From NCBI GenBank assembly GCA_944392815.1, contig CALXXY010000002.1, positions 152,257 to 216,256 on the forward strand: DNA of 64,000 nt, written 5' to 3'. The DNA is from an uncultured Alphaproteobacteria bacterium (GTDB taxonomy: Bacteria; Pseudomonadota; Alphaproteobacteria; Rs-D84). Position numbers and translations under genes: made by a program. The notes under the pieces were generated by a model. The model worked only from the letters and a program-made list of their open reading frames with translations, did not search any database and was not told the origin of the DNA. How positions within the stretch are numbered: the first letter of the stretch is position 1; every line of letters begins with the position of its first letter. Positions 51,355-61,009 of this stretch are shown piece by piece.

Positions 51355-51529
51355 AAATAAAAAGCCGCAGGCGATACAGTTGGAATTTGATTTTAATATC
51401 CAAAATCCAAATCAGAATCCTAAAAAAACGAAAAAAAAGAAGTGGGGGAATAAAAATCCCCCACACAAAGAAGCTGTACAATTAGAATTTAATTTTACCA
51501 AGGATTTAAGCCATGATCGAATCAAATAA
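51344..51529 (+). CDS. Small basic protein with two QLEFxF motifs
   Basis: Overlaps both neighbours; AIQLEFDF and AVQLEFNF flank a Lys-rich linker. Confidence 0.55.
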   Translation: MRNKNKKPQAIQLEFDFNIQNPNQNPKKTKKKKWGNKNPPHKEAVQLEFNFTKDLSHDRIK

Positions 51530-51713
51530 AACAATTGAGACATATATAACAACAAAAGAATTCGCCCAAATAATAAGATACAAGCCAAATACATTGGCTA
51601 AATGGCGAATCACACACCAAGAAAAAATACCATATATAAAAACTGGTGGGCGAATTTTATACCCATTAAGCAGTGTTATGGAATGGATTGAGAGCAAGGA
51701 AACCAACGGATAA
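51513..51713 (+). CDS. Excisionase-like helix-turn-helix protein (HTH_17/AlpA-like)
   Basis: YITTKEFAQII...TLAKWR...IPYIKTGGRILY....V.EWI. Confidence 0.85.
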   Translation: MIESNKTIETYITTKEFAQIIRYKPNTLAKWRITHQEKIPYIKTGGRILYPLSSVMEWIESKETNG

Positions 51714-51769
51714 AAAGCTTGATTTTCTTGGTGTTCGAGTAAACATGTCACAAATTAAAACAAAACCAA

Positions 51770-52903
51770 ATGTCTGCCAATAAGCATCATTTTACAAAAG
51801 AATATTTGAACAGTTTGCAGCCAGCACAACCCAAAAAACGATATGTTGTGTATGATTCAACACAAACATGTCTGTCTGTACGGGTATCTGACAACAATGT
51901 CAAATCGTTTGTGGTATTAAAAAAACACAATAATAAAGTGGTAAGAATAACATTGGGACATTACCCAGAAATGTCTATTCAAGAAGCACGAAAACAAACA
52001 ATAAACATTCTGTCAAAATTCCATGCCGGCGAAAACCCAAATCAAACAAAGCACGAGTATCGCATACAGAAAACTTTGGGTGATTTATTCGCCGAATTTA
52101 TGGAAAGATATTCTAAACTGGAAAAGAAATCTTGGCGACAAGACGAACAAGAAATACCAAAGTTTCTTGGACATTGGTTTAATCGTAAAATTGGTGATAT
52201 CTGCAAGCCAGAAATCCAAGCATTATTTGATAAAATTTCTGCTAATAATGGCAAATACCAAGCTAATCATACATTAGAACGGTTGCGGGCAATGTATAAC
52301 AAAGCCATTGAATGGGATTGGATTGCTCAAAATCCTACAAATAATATAAAGAAACATCGTACAACAAAACGAGATCGTTATATGACCAAGGAAGAATTTA
52401 TAAAATTCAAAAAAGCCCTATCCCAAGAGCCCCAAATATATCAGGCATTTTTCCTGCTGTTATTATACACAGGTGCAAGAAAAAGCAATGTATTGGCTAT
52501 GCGGTGGTGTGATATTGATTTAGAACAAAAAATTTGGCACATCCCAGATACCAAAAACGGCGAACCTGTCACCGTTCCTTTGATAGACCAAGCCATACAA
52601 ATATTAAATAAATTGCCACATATCAGCGAATGGGTATTTCCAAATCCTGAAAATCCATCACGACATTATGTCTATTTTACCAAAGCATGGAAACGAATCT
52701 TGAAACAATCGAACTTGGATAATTTAAGGGTTCACGACCTTCGCAGGACAATGGCTTCATGGCAGGCAATTCAAGGCACCAGTTTATTGACAATCGGAAA
52801 ATCATTGGGACACAAATCTATGCAATCCACTGAAATTTATGCCCGATTATCAACGAAAGCCGTCAGAGATGCTATGCAAAAAGCAATAGATAGCAATCAA
52901 TAA
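51770..52903 (+). CDS. Tyrosine integrase with arm-binding N-terminal domain
   Basis: RITLGHYPEMSIQEAR arm domain; TGARKSN (R), TKNG (K), HDLRR (HxxR), LGH, TEIYA (Y). Confidence 0.95.
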   Translation: MSANKHHFTKEYLNSLQPAQPKKRYVVYDSTQTCLSVRVSDNNVKSFVVLKKHNNKVVRITLGHYPEMSIQEARKQTINILSKFHAGENPNQTKHEYRIQKTLGDLFAEFMERYSKLEKKSWRQDEQEIPKFLGHWFNRKIGDICKPEIQALFDKISANNGKYQANHTLERLRAMYNKAIEWDWIAQNPTNNIKKHRTTKRDRYMTKEEFIKFKKALSQEPQIYQAFFLLLLYTGARKSNVLAMRWCDIDLEQKIWHIPDTKNGEPVTVPLIDQAIQILNKLPHISEWVFPNPENPSRHYVYFTKAWKRILKQSNLDNLRVHDLRRTMASWQAIQGTSLLTIGKSLGHKSMQSTEIYARLSTKAVRDAMQKAIDSNQ

Positions 52904-53014
52904 CACCTAATTTTAATCCAAACATAAACGGCACAAAAATAAATATATCTGTTGTGTATATCCAACAGGTACATGGGATTTTTATGCAAAAACACACATA
53001 AATATGGAATAAAA

Positions 53015-54145
53015 ATGATAGATACTATAAAAATAGCAGTTCCATTAAACCTGGTAACTTTCAGAAGTTATGATAATTTCAATATAGATGCTTTATATCT
53101 GGAAAGGGTGCTGTCGTGGCAAGCAGCCCCCATAAAAGCCCCATTCAAACCGTACCGCGAGCACACAACAGATGAAAAAAATACACACGGATATTTACCA
53201 GAAATATCTATATCAATGTATCCGAATCAAATAGGTTTTTGTGTTATACGATTTTCTGCCCCTATTATGTTATATGGAAACAATATCCGAGAAATAAAAG
53301 AAACTGACTTTACTTGTTTAATAATAACATTACAGGCAAAATTAAAACACCTGAATATCGATATATCTCTGGACGATATAAGCAATGCTTATGTTTGGGA
53401 AGTTCATACCTGTAAAAACATAGACCTTACAAACTATTCTTCTACTGACACCGTTTTATCCACACTGAACAAATTGCATTTTGCCAAAATAATACAAAAA
53501 GGAGAAACGAAGTTTTACAACACAGAAATACAAAAAGAATCCAAAGATGGTCGCAAGGTCAATATAGTTTGTTACAAACCAGGATCAAAAAGCACACCAT
53601 CATACGAAATATGTTTTTATGACAAACTAGAAGAATTAAAAAAAACAGCCGCAGGAACAGAGATATTAAATAATAACCCAGAATTATCAACAAAAACAGA
53701 TATTATTCGGTTTGAATACAGAATATATCGCACACAAATGTTGAGATCTAAACTGAGCCAATGCGAATTAGATCAAGATATATCATTTAAAAATATATTC
53801 AAAAATCAAATTATCAAAAAATTAAACAAAAATATATGGTCTCGCATAATAGACCCTGCCTTGTATATATTACCATATTTGAACCGAAAAACTGACTCTT
53901 TATGGGAAAAAATAGAAAAACTAAACCTGAAACCAATGAAAAGTCTTTATGCATACAGCATATATAAAACCTTTTCCAAAGAAGGGTTTGACAGCATACC
54001 CCAATATATAATCAACCCAAAAACCAAAGTGTTAAATAAAATCAAAACACAAATGGCACAAATATACAATATTAAACCAACAAAAATACAAACAACCATA
54101 TATCACATAAAAAATGAAATATTAAATAACAATCCGTTTATATAA
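53015..54145 (+). CDS. Putative replication initiator (phage gpII/X / CRI-like rolling-circle Rep)
   Basis: MIDTI, FSAP..LYGNN, FYDK..E, IRFEYR motifs typical of this family. Confidence 0.6.
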   Translation: MIDTIKIAVPLNLVTFRSYDNFNIDALYLERVLSWQAAPIKAPFKPYREHTTDEKNTHGYLPEISISMYPNQIGFCVIRFSAPIMLYGNNIREIKETDFTCLIITLQAKLKHLNIDISLDDISNAYVWEVHTCKNIDLTNYSSTDTVLSTLNKLHFAKIIQKGETKFYNTEIQKESKDGRKVNIVCYKPGSKSTPSYEICFYDKLEELKKTAAGTEILNNNPELSTKTDIIRFEYRIYRTQMLRSKLSQCELDQDISFKNIFKNQIIKKLNKNIWSRIIDPALYILPYLNRKTDSLWEKIEKLNLKPMKSLYAYSIYKTFSKEGFDSIPQYIINPKTKVLNKIKTQMAQIYNIKPTKIQTTIYHIKNEILNNNPFI

Positions 54146-54394
54146 CCATGCCCCAACATATATAATATATATAATATTAACTTTTATAGATATATTTTCT
54201 ATATAAATATATATATATGCATATATAAGATAAATAGTTTTAGAACTGTTTATAACTAAATGGACAAGATATGAGTATTAACATATATGCCAAAGTTTCA
54301 GAAATAGCAAATATCATAGAAGTTATATCTAAACTGGATAACAGTATTAAAATATCAGTTTATATTGAACACGAATAATCACAGGAATAATACA

Positions 54395-55063
54395 ATGGAA
54401 ATAGTGCTGAATAATGCATCCAATTTTAATTTAATGAGAGAATTACTGAATGATTTAGATTATATAACTTTGTCATATCAATATGATTCCAGCAAAGTAT
54501 CTGATTATCGCGGTAATAATACAATTATAACTGGTGATGATTCCAGCCAACATTATCAATTTGAATTATTAACCAATAAAATACAGGAACTGGACGAAGC
54601 TGTATTAAAAATGGGATATGAATGTTGGAATAATATGATTATAGACATCAGAACACCATCAAAATGGTCAGAGATAGGTGGATTATCTAATATAATTGGA
54701 ACCAGTCCAGAAGCAATAGAAGCATTGAAAACAATCAGACAAAAATACGAAGATAAACAAGTCATAGTTGCCATAATGAATTCAGGGCAATTATTTTTTG
54801 ATTATCCAATGGAATTAACAGAACTGATATATCAAATAACATCAGACCCAAACAGCCATCTGCTTATGGCCACTGGTGATGTATCAGGAATGGATTGTTT
54901 AACATCAGATGTAGTAAATTGTTTTGAGAACAGAATAGTATTCCAAACAGAAAACCCAATGTTTTCAAATATGTTAATTGGTAATGACGAAGCCACACAT
55001 TTACCATCCCCAGACCATTATTGCCAATATTCCACCAAAACAAATCAGATTATAATTGTGTAA
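54395..55063 (+). CDS. Degenerate FtsK/SpoIIIE-like domain protein
   Basis: HLLMAT...LTSDVVNCFENRIVF......S..LIG...A..L matches the FtsK C-terminal strand pattern; no Walker A. Confidence 0.5.
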   Translation: MEIVLNNASNFNLMRELLNDLDYITLSYQYDSSKVSDYRGNNTIITGDDSSQHYQFELLTNKIQELDEAVLKMGYECWNNMIIDIRTPSKWSEIGGLSNIIGTSPEAIEALKTIRQKYEDKQVIVAIMNSGQLFFDYPMELTELIYQITSDPNSHLLMATGDVSGMDCLTSDVVNCFENRIVFQTENPMFSNMLIGNDEATHLPSPDHYCQYSTKTNQIIIV

Positions 55064-55065
55064 GA

Positions 55066-55644
55066 TTATTCGTTTATATTGGTTTTAATTGTATCAGACA
55101 ACGAATTCTGTAAAGCCACTTTTTTTGTGGCATCTTTTAATTTTTTCGTTTTTGATTTGTTTTTCAATACCTGTTTAGCCGCTAATAATTGTTGTGTTTT
55201 TAATTGCCCAAACATTCCCCGCGGTTCATTTTCCCAGAATTTATCACTGGCTATATCTTCTGTTAAACAATCGCCAACTTGGAAATGACCGTGCGGAAAC
55301 TTTTTAAGACAGAATTCTATCGCCCTGTGATCTATATCAACACCATAAATATCTTCTTCTTCAATCCATTTATAAACATTCAATGCCGCAGCCAATAAAT
55401 TTCCAGTTCCACAACAAGGATCTATTAAATTAAAATGTTTTATAAATTCCGCAGATTCCGGACTTAAAGCAGCAATTTCCGCCTTAGTTTTATATTTTAT
55501 ATATTCTGGGTATAACCGTTTAGCCATTTCCATAGCCAATGGCTTTGGTGTATGAAAAGCACCCGCCGCCTGTCGTTCTTCTTTGGTTAAATTCAAATCA
55601 TCAGCGGAATTATTACAATTATAAAATCCCTTTTTTCTGGTCAT
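55066..55644 (-). CDS. Stand-alone SAM-binding half of an N6-adenine methyltransferase
   Basis: Motif X GAFHTPKPLAMEM, motif I LIDPCCGTGNLL, motif II YGVDID, motif III GDCL; no NPPY/DPPY. Start coupled to the upstream stop (TAG-TA-ATG). Confidence 0.8.
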   Translation of the reverse strand: MTRKKGFYNCNNSADDLNLTKEERQAAGAFHTPKPLAMEMAKRLYPEYIKYKTKAEIAALSPESAEFIKHFNLIDPCCGTGNLLAAALNVYKWIEEEDIYGVDIDHRAIEFCLKKFPHGHFQVGDCLTEDIASDKFWENEPRGMFGQLKTQQLLAAKQVLKNKSKTKKLKDATKKVALQNSLSDTIKTNINE

Positions 55645-55646
55645 TA

Positions 55647-58600
55647 CTATGCAAATTGTTCCATATAGTTTCTTGCCGGTTCCCATTCATCTTGACCAGA
55701 AGGTCTTGTAAAGCATTCTATTTTTGAATAATCTATTCCTAATCCATCAAACCCTAAATATTTTTCCATTTCTTGCTGATTGTATTTCTTATCTACAGGT
55801 ATCTTTGGTAAAACATCAAAAGGATTTGCCCGACCATCCTTAATCAAAATCATAGCCGCTATAACTGGCAATAATTTAGAATTATGTACAAAATTTCTTG
55901 CTTCTTGTTCTGTATTAAATTCAAACCCAAGAATTTTTGGAACTTGTTTGTTATGATTAGTCTGCGGATTACTATAATAGGCTTCTTGTGGTGTTAAACC
56001 TTCATCGGTTTTACCATTTATTATGGCCCCCATATAATTAACTAATAGATATGTCCACCATCGATCCATATGCCCATCCTTTCTTACCGCAACAAAATAC
56101 GGTTGGTTTTCATATTCTTTGGGGTGTCCTTGGTGTTCATAATCCATTATAAAGCGATCTTTAGTATTCGTCTTTGCTAAAAATACATTACAATCAAAAG
56201 GGCAACTATCATCTGATGGAGCTAAATGATATATTCCCATATCATGTTCCTGTAAAATGTTAAAAGCAGCACTAGCATCTTTTGCAGATAGATATGTAAT
56301 ATTCGCACAATATTGCCTTAAATCTCTATATTTCTCATGATCAGAACGATACTTATCCTGTAACCATTTTATCGGTTGCAAACTAACTCCTATTCCTCCA
56401 TTCTTTACAATTAAATCAACCATTTTCTGTAATATCGGTAAATGTAATTTCCCATATGGTGGGTTCATTATAAAGGATTGGAATTTCATAATTGTATCCT
56501 TGTTATTATCCAATGTTTCCAAAATATTATCGCTGTATATGACCATAATATTTGGTCGCAGTTTTTTCATAATCTCGGCATCACTAAAATTATCTGTAAT
56601 ATACATTTTTGTTGTATCATCAGTCAGATAATAACCACCACAAACAACTATATCGTAATTACCGTTTTTTCGCATTTTGGTGGCTAATTCTTGGGGCACG
56701 GGGCGACTGCCGTCTTTTTTATAAACTATTGGTAATTTCAAAACTTCTGCGGGAATAATATTGCCATTTTTATCAAAGCATTTATTTACCTTGGCATTAC
56801 AAAATGCGATTATCTGTTCACGACTGCCAGCATCACAGGCTTGTAAGATTTCTATAATATATCTATAATCTATACCTATTCCGATAAATTTACGAAACAA
56901 CTGTCTTTCTATATAGTTTTCTGCATGATTACGGCGACCAAATCTGGCAACAAAATCATCAAACCCATTTGGTACCCCAGATACCAAGAAATATGCCGGC
57001 AAATATCGCACAACCGCATTTACAAATGCACGAACTTTTTTCTCGTTCGTTGTACCTTCACCGTGGGCTTTTTCCCCTGTAATTTTAACAAATCGTCTAT
57101 TTTTCAAATATTTCCAACGAATAGCAGATGGATTATCACTAAATTCATCAATATAAATATCGTCTGCATTACCAGTTCCGCCTATATACGACCAAACTGT
57201 AACCATTTCATTATTTTTGCCAACTGGTAATTCTCGCTGTTGTATATCTGAACGATTTATCCCTCTTATTCTGTCGTTTTCTGTCATATTCCAGGGAACA
57301 TAACCATATTTTACTAAATCATCTTTTAATTGTTCTATGATGCCAACAAAATTCGCTTCCAGTGGCGATGGATTTAATTTATCTTCTGTTGGGTGCAAAC
57401 CCAATTCTTGATTTTCCAGTTCTTCATAATCGTCCCCACGGTCAGATAACTGTAATTGCAGTGTATGTGGTTTTTGTAAATCACTTAATTTTACATTTGA
57501 TAAATCTATTTTACTGGCAATTCGTGCAATATCAAAATCAACAGAATCTGTAATTTTTTCTATTTTCCAACTGGAAGTAAAAGTATTGAAAATTTCTTCA
57601 AAAGTATAATTCTGACGAGTCAGTGTATGATCACGAATTTGAATTGTTGATAATGCTTTTTCGTATTCTTGTTTATAATTATTATCACAAGCCCTGACAT
57701 ACAAATGATTTTTAATAAATGTATCTATCATTTGCAAGGTTCTACCCTTATTATAGTCAATTACATATGCTTCTGTTTTTACTCCGTTTGGGGTTTTACA
57801 ACGAAATGCTGCCTGAATATAACTTTCTGGCGAAGTCATATCAGAAATCATTATCACCGAATGACAATCTGGAAAAGAAACAGCCTGTAACCCTTTACCT
57901 ATTGTCACCAATAAATGTATATTTTGTTTATCTATTTTGCATTCACGATTCCATTCCCTGAACCGTAATTCATTATCAGATATGTATGTATCATCATCTT
58001 CGTCTGTTGTTGATGTTCTGGTGCATATTATAGATAAATGTTCATCCCGTGCCAATTCATTGACCGCATTTGCAAACAAATCGCAATACCGTTTTCTGGG
58101 CGGCACAACAACGATTGCATTCTGAACATTCAGCGATTGACCTTCTATATGTAATTTGCCTCCCCAAAATGTAGCCTTGACCCATTTTTTAATTTGTTCG
58201 TTTGCACCATCTGAATCAAAAAAATCAGAAAAACTACTATCCGTATTAAAGAATTCATTTTCAGGTGTTATGTATATCAATTCCGGATTTTTTAATCTGA
58301 ATTCTTTTTTATTTGTCGTCCGTTCAAAATCTTCTGCTTCATCCAATACACTATATACATACGAATTATTATCATTATAATCTTCATTGGATTTTAATCT
58401 GAACGGAGTTCCTGTTATATCTATTTTCACCTTTGGGTTTAGTATATCAATCGTTCTGGTTGCCCGCGGAGTTAATCTGGAAAAATGAGCTTCATCAAAC
58501 AATACCGCGGCACAATCATCCGAATTTACTGACGGAAATATTTTATGTATATCATCTATACTCTTATTATCAAACCATTGCTTGCTGGCAAAAAACAACC

Positions 58601-59336
58601 ATTTATCAGTTCCCAATTCCGCAGGTCCAGCAATCTGATCAGAATCATATATAAACAATTTGAATTTGCACGACTGATCAAATTTATAATAATCTTCACG
58701 AACCGCTTGTTTAGCATCCAGTTTAGCGGATATAAAAAATACATATTTTTTATCTGGGAATTTCTCGAACAAATAATTTATCATTTCAAACGATACCACT
58801 GTTTTGCCGAATCTGGGCATAGCAAATAAACCAAATCTATCTTGATTGCTATCAATTGTCTGTTTGAATTTATCAATGGCTTCTTGTTGTCTGGCTCTTA
58901 ATGTATATGTTCCGCCTAATGGTTCGCCAGTTTCTATATGCCTTAATACCCGTTTAATTTCATCTGGCGAAGTATTAAACCATTCCGTAGAAATCTGCCG
59001 ACAATTTATATGTCTTAAAACAGCAAATACATCTTTATCAAAATGATTTTCTTTATTTTTAGGATTAGGAAAATCAACCAACTGATAGCCAATATTTTCA
59101 ATATCACTGTACCGTATTCTGGCACCATCTTTGGCTGAACGACCTAATTCTTCTTTTATTCTGGCAATAACGGCATTTTCATTTGACATTCCAAAATATT
59201 TTTTCGCATACGGATCAACTTCACCCAAACAATATGTTGTCCAAGGTTCAATATCTTGAAATGGTTTATTTGTGGTATACCAATAAATAAGCATTTTCCT
59301 TGACATAGCAGCCAGATTCCCCTTTTTGAAATCCAT
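55647..59336 (-). CDS. Nuclease-SF2 helicase-methyltransferase fusion (type ISP/IIG-like restriction enzyme)
   Basis: N-terminal GIY-YIG/T5orf172-like region (IYWY...LGE...R...EWF); LRARQQEAI, MPRFGKT, FDEAH, TGTP, YIQAAFR; C-terminal IMNPPY plus TRD-like region. The real start may be ATG 59306. Confidence 0.8.
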   Translation of the reverse strand: MDFKKGNLAAMSRKMLIYWYTTNKPFQDIEPWTTYCLGEVDPYAKKYFGMSNENAVIARIKEELGRSAKDGARIRYSDIENIGYQLVDFPNPKNKENHFDKDVFAVLRHINCRQISTEWFNTSPDEIKRVLRHIETGEPLGGTYTLRARQQEAIDKFKQTIDSNQDRFGLFAMPRFGKTVVSFEMINYLFEKFPDKKYVFFISAKLDAKQAVREDYYKFDQSCKFKLFIYDSDQIAGPAELGTDKWLFFASKQWFDNKSIDDIHKIFPSVNSDDCAAVLFDEAHFSRLTPRATRTIDILNPKVKIDITGTPFRLKSNEDYNDNNSYVYSVLDEAEDFERTTNKKEFRLKNPELIYITPENEFFNTDSSFSDFFDSDGANEQIKKWVKATFWGGKLHIEGQSLNVQNAIVVVPPRKRYCDLFANAVNELARDEHLSIICTRTSTTDEDDDTYISDNELRFREWNRECKIDKQNIHLLVTIGKGLQAVSFPDCHSVIMISDMTSPESYIQAAFRCKTPNGVKTEAYVIDYNKGRTLQMIDTFIKNHLYVRACDNNYKQEYEKALSTIQIRDHTLTRQNYTFEEIFNTFTSSWKIEKITDSVDFDIARIASKIDLSNVKLSDLQKPHTLQLQLSDRGDDYEELENQELGLHPTEDKLNPSPLEANFVGIIEQLKDDLVKYGYVPWNMTENDRIRGINRSDIQQRELPVGKNNEMVTVWSYIGGTGNADDIYIDEFSDNPSAIRWKYLKNRRFVKITGEKAHGEGTTNEKKVRAFVNAVVRYLPAYFLVSGVPNGFDDFVARFGRRNHAENYIERQLFRKFIGIGIDYRYIIEILQACDAGSREQIIAFCNAKVNKCFDKNGNIIPAEVLKLPIVYKKDGSRPVPQELATKMRKNGNYDIVVCGGYYLTDDTTKMYITDNFSDAEIMKKLRPNIMVIYSDNILETLDNNKDTIMKFQSFIMNPPYGKLHLPILQKMVDLIVKNGGIGVSLQPIKWLQDKYRSDHEKYRDLRQYCANITYLSAKDASAAFNILQEHDMGIYHLAPSDDSCPFDCNVFLAKTNTKDRFIMDYEHQGHPKEYENQPYFVAVRKDGHMDRWWTYLLVNYMGAIINGKTDEGLTPQEAYYSNPQTNHNKQVPKILGFEFNTEQEARNFVHNSKLLPVIAAMILIKDGRANPFDVLPKIPVDKKYNQQEMEKYLGFDGLGIDYSKIECFTRPSGQDEWEPARNYMEQFA

Positions 59337-59370
59337 CTGGGAACGGCAATAAGAAAACCGCCAAAGGAAA

Positions 59371-59466
59371 GGCGGTCGGGAAAGTTAGCTGAGCAGTTTA
59401 AATCAATGTTGCTCCTGATTGCCTTCGAATTTAATTCTGTTGTATAACAATCAGCTCCCCGACCAT
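59371..59466 (-). ncRNA. C4/CI-like cloverleaf antisense RNA
   Basis: ATGGTCGGGG...CCCGACCGCC closing stem with two internal hairpins; exposed GATTTAAAC and CAGCTA are complementary to upstream 59530-59538 and 59543-59548. Confidence 0.7.
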
Positions 59467-59495
59467 CAGTCAGGGGTATTTAACGGTGCAAAAAC

Positions 59496-59580
59496 ACCAA
59501 AAAAACACCGGATCGATGCTTCTGCACCGGATTTAAACAAGCCAGCTACGGCCCCGAACCCAATTCCCATTGGATTCAAG
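59496..59580 (-). promoter_or_regulatory. c4-a1b1-like target leader
   Basis: Hairpin GAATCCAAT/ATTGGGTTC, then GGGCC-GTAGCT-GGCTT, GTTTAAATC, hairpin GGTGC-AGAA-GCATC, then a T7 run. Confidence 0.65.
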
Positions 59581-59661
59581 GTGAATTTTTACACAAGAAC
59601 TAAGAAAACACAAGAACCATTTTTTAGTTAAAAAAATGAAAAAAATTGCATTTTTTACAAT

Positions 59662-59715
59662 TAAATGTGAAAAAATCACATTTATCTTGACTTTTTAGTC
59701 GTTTTTTGATAATAT
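59662..59715 (+). promoter_or_regulatory. Palindromic operator plus sigma70 promoter of the rloA-rloB-KAP operon
   Basis: TAAATGTGA-AAAAA-TCACATTTA (59662-59684) abutting TTGACT-N17-TAATAT. Confidence 0.7.
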
Positions 59716-59737
59716 GGCATCAAACAAGAGGTAAAAT

Positions 59738-61009
59738 ATGCTTATAAACTTCTCTGTTTCTAATTTTTCATCTTTCAAGGACAAAATTACATTATCTATG
59801 GAAAAAACACCCATCCAGAAACACCCTGAACACATATTAGACAAAGGGTTATTGTCTGGGGTTGGTATCTATGGTGCAAATGCCAGCGGAAAAAGTAATT
59901 TATTACACAGCATCAGAATGCTGCCAGAATTCACTGTCGTAGGTGATAGAGATTTAGTTGCCGTATTAAATTCTAACCGCTTTATGTTAAACAACAAAGA
60001 ACCAATAGAATTTGAAGTCAATTTCATATCTAATAATATCAGATATTGTTATAAAATATCTGTCACAGAGACAGAAATCAGCAATGAAGAACTGTATTTT
60101 GCTGAAAAGAACAAAGAACATCTGGTATTCAAACGAAGTGGTATAGAAAAAGAATTTGGTAAAAACTTTACAGACAAGTTCTACAAGAATTGTACTTTTG
60201 CCAAAAACAGAACGGTTATATCAAAATTATTGATAGATGGTATCGCTGACAATAATGTTGAAAATAAACAACATATATTGAATACCGTACAATTCTTGCG
60301 GGGTATCGGATATTTTGATCCCAAAACTAATATCAACCCAGTGAATATTTACCACAATTTTAAATTTCCAGAATTCAAAAAGTTCTTGATGAATTTATTG
60401 GTACAGGCCGATTTTGGGATAACAGATATAGATTTCAAAGAAGTTGATTTTCCACATTCTAAATTGATGTCTATTAATCTATCACCTTTAACCCAAGGAA
60501 GTGTTTTATGCCACCAAGCTGATGAAGATTACTTCTTCTTCTCGTTTGAAAATGGTAAAATCATAAGTCGTCAATTGGTTATGTACCACGGAGATGCAAC
60601 ATTTCCAACAAATCGCGAATCTGCTGGAACAATGAAACTGTTCAAGCTTGGCTTTATGCTGTATTCATTCAAAAAAAGTGAAGGCAGCAAGTTATTATTA
60701 CTGGACGAATTTGACAGTTTATTCCACCCATTTCTATCCAAAGTATTGTTACAAAGTTTATTAAACAATCCTATGGGCGGTCAAATAATAGCCGTTCTAC
60801 ATAATACCCTGCTCTTATCACACGAGATTTGGAGAGTTGATGAAATATGGTTTACAGAAAAAGACCAAGAAGGTGTAAGCCGCCTGTACCCATTAACAGA
60901 TATTAATCCCAGATTTGATAAAAATCTGGAACGAGATTACATCAATGGTCGTTATGGTGCTGTTCCATTCCTGGGGGGTGAACAAGTATGGCAAGAAATT
61001 ATAAAATAA
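59738..61009 (+). CDS. AAA_21 / RloA-like ABC-type ATPase
   Basis: NFSSFKD, IYGANASGKSN, ESAGT, LLDEFD...HP, H-loop, DEIWFTEK, YINGRYGAVP. Confidence 0.9.
   Translation: MLINFSVSNFSSFKDKITLSMEKTPIQKHPEHILDKGLLSGVGIYGANASGKSNLLHSIRMLPEFTVVGDRDLVAVLNSNRFMLNNKEPIEFEVNFISNNIRYCYKISVTETEISNEELYFAEKNKEHLVFKRSGIEKEFGKNFTDKFYKNCTFAKNRTVISKLLIDGIADNNVENKQHILNTVQFLRGIGYFDPKTNINPVNIYHNFKFPEFKKFLMNLLVQADFGITDIDFKEVDFPHSKLMSINLSPLTQGSVLCHQADEDYFFFSFENGKIISRQLVMYHGDATFPTNRESAGTMKLFKLGFMLYSFKKSEGSKLLLLDEFDSLFHPFLSKVLLQSLLNNPMGGQIIAVLHNTLLLSHEIWRVDEIWFTEKDQEGVSRLYPLTDINPRFDKNLERDYINGRYGAVPFLGGEQVWQEIIK

Noticed and set aside
59305-59320. Second (downstream) C4 target next to the R-M start codon
   Set aside because: Only a wobble match to the 6-nt element (TGGCTG) and no match to the 9-nt element; too weak to claim.
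59460-59475. Hammerhead ribozyme core suggested by CTGATG on the minus strand
   Set aside because: It reads CTGATGG rather than CTGANGA and lacks a suitably placed GAAA and cleavage triplet.
59419-59631. 70-aa plus-strand ORF in the R-M/rloA spacer
   Set aside because: TTG start, no SD, and it overlaps the structured C4-like RNA that explains the composition.
59662-59684. CRP/FNR site
   Set aside because: The TGTGA/TCACA spacer is 5 nt rather than 6, so it is kept only as a generic operator.
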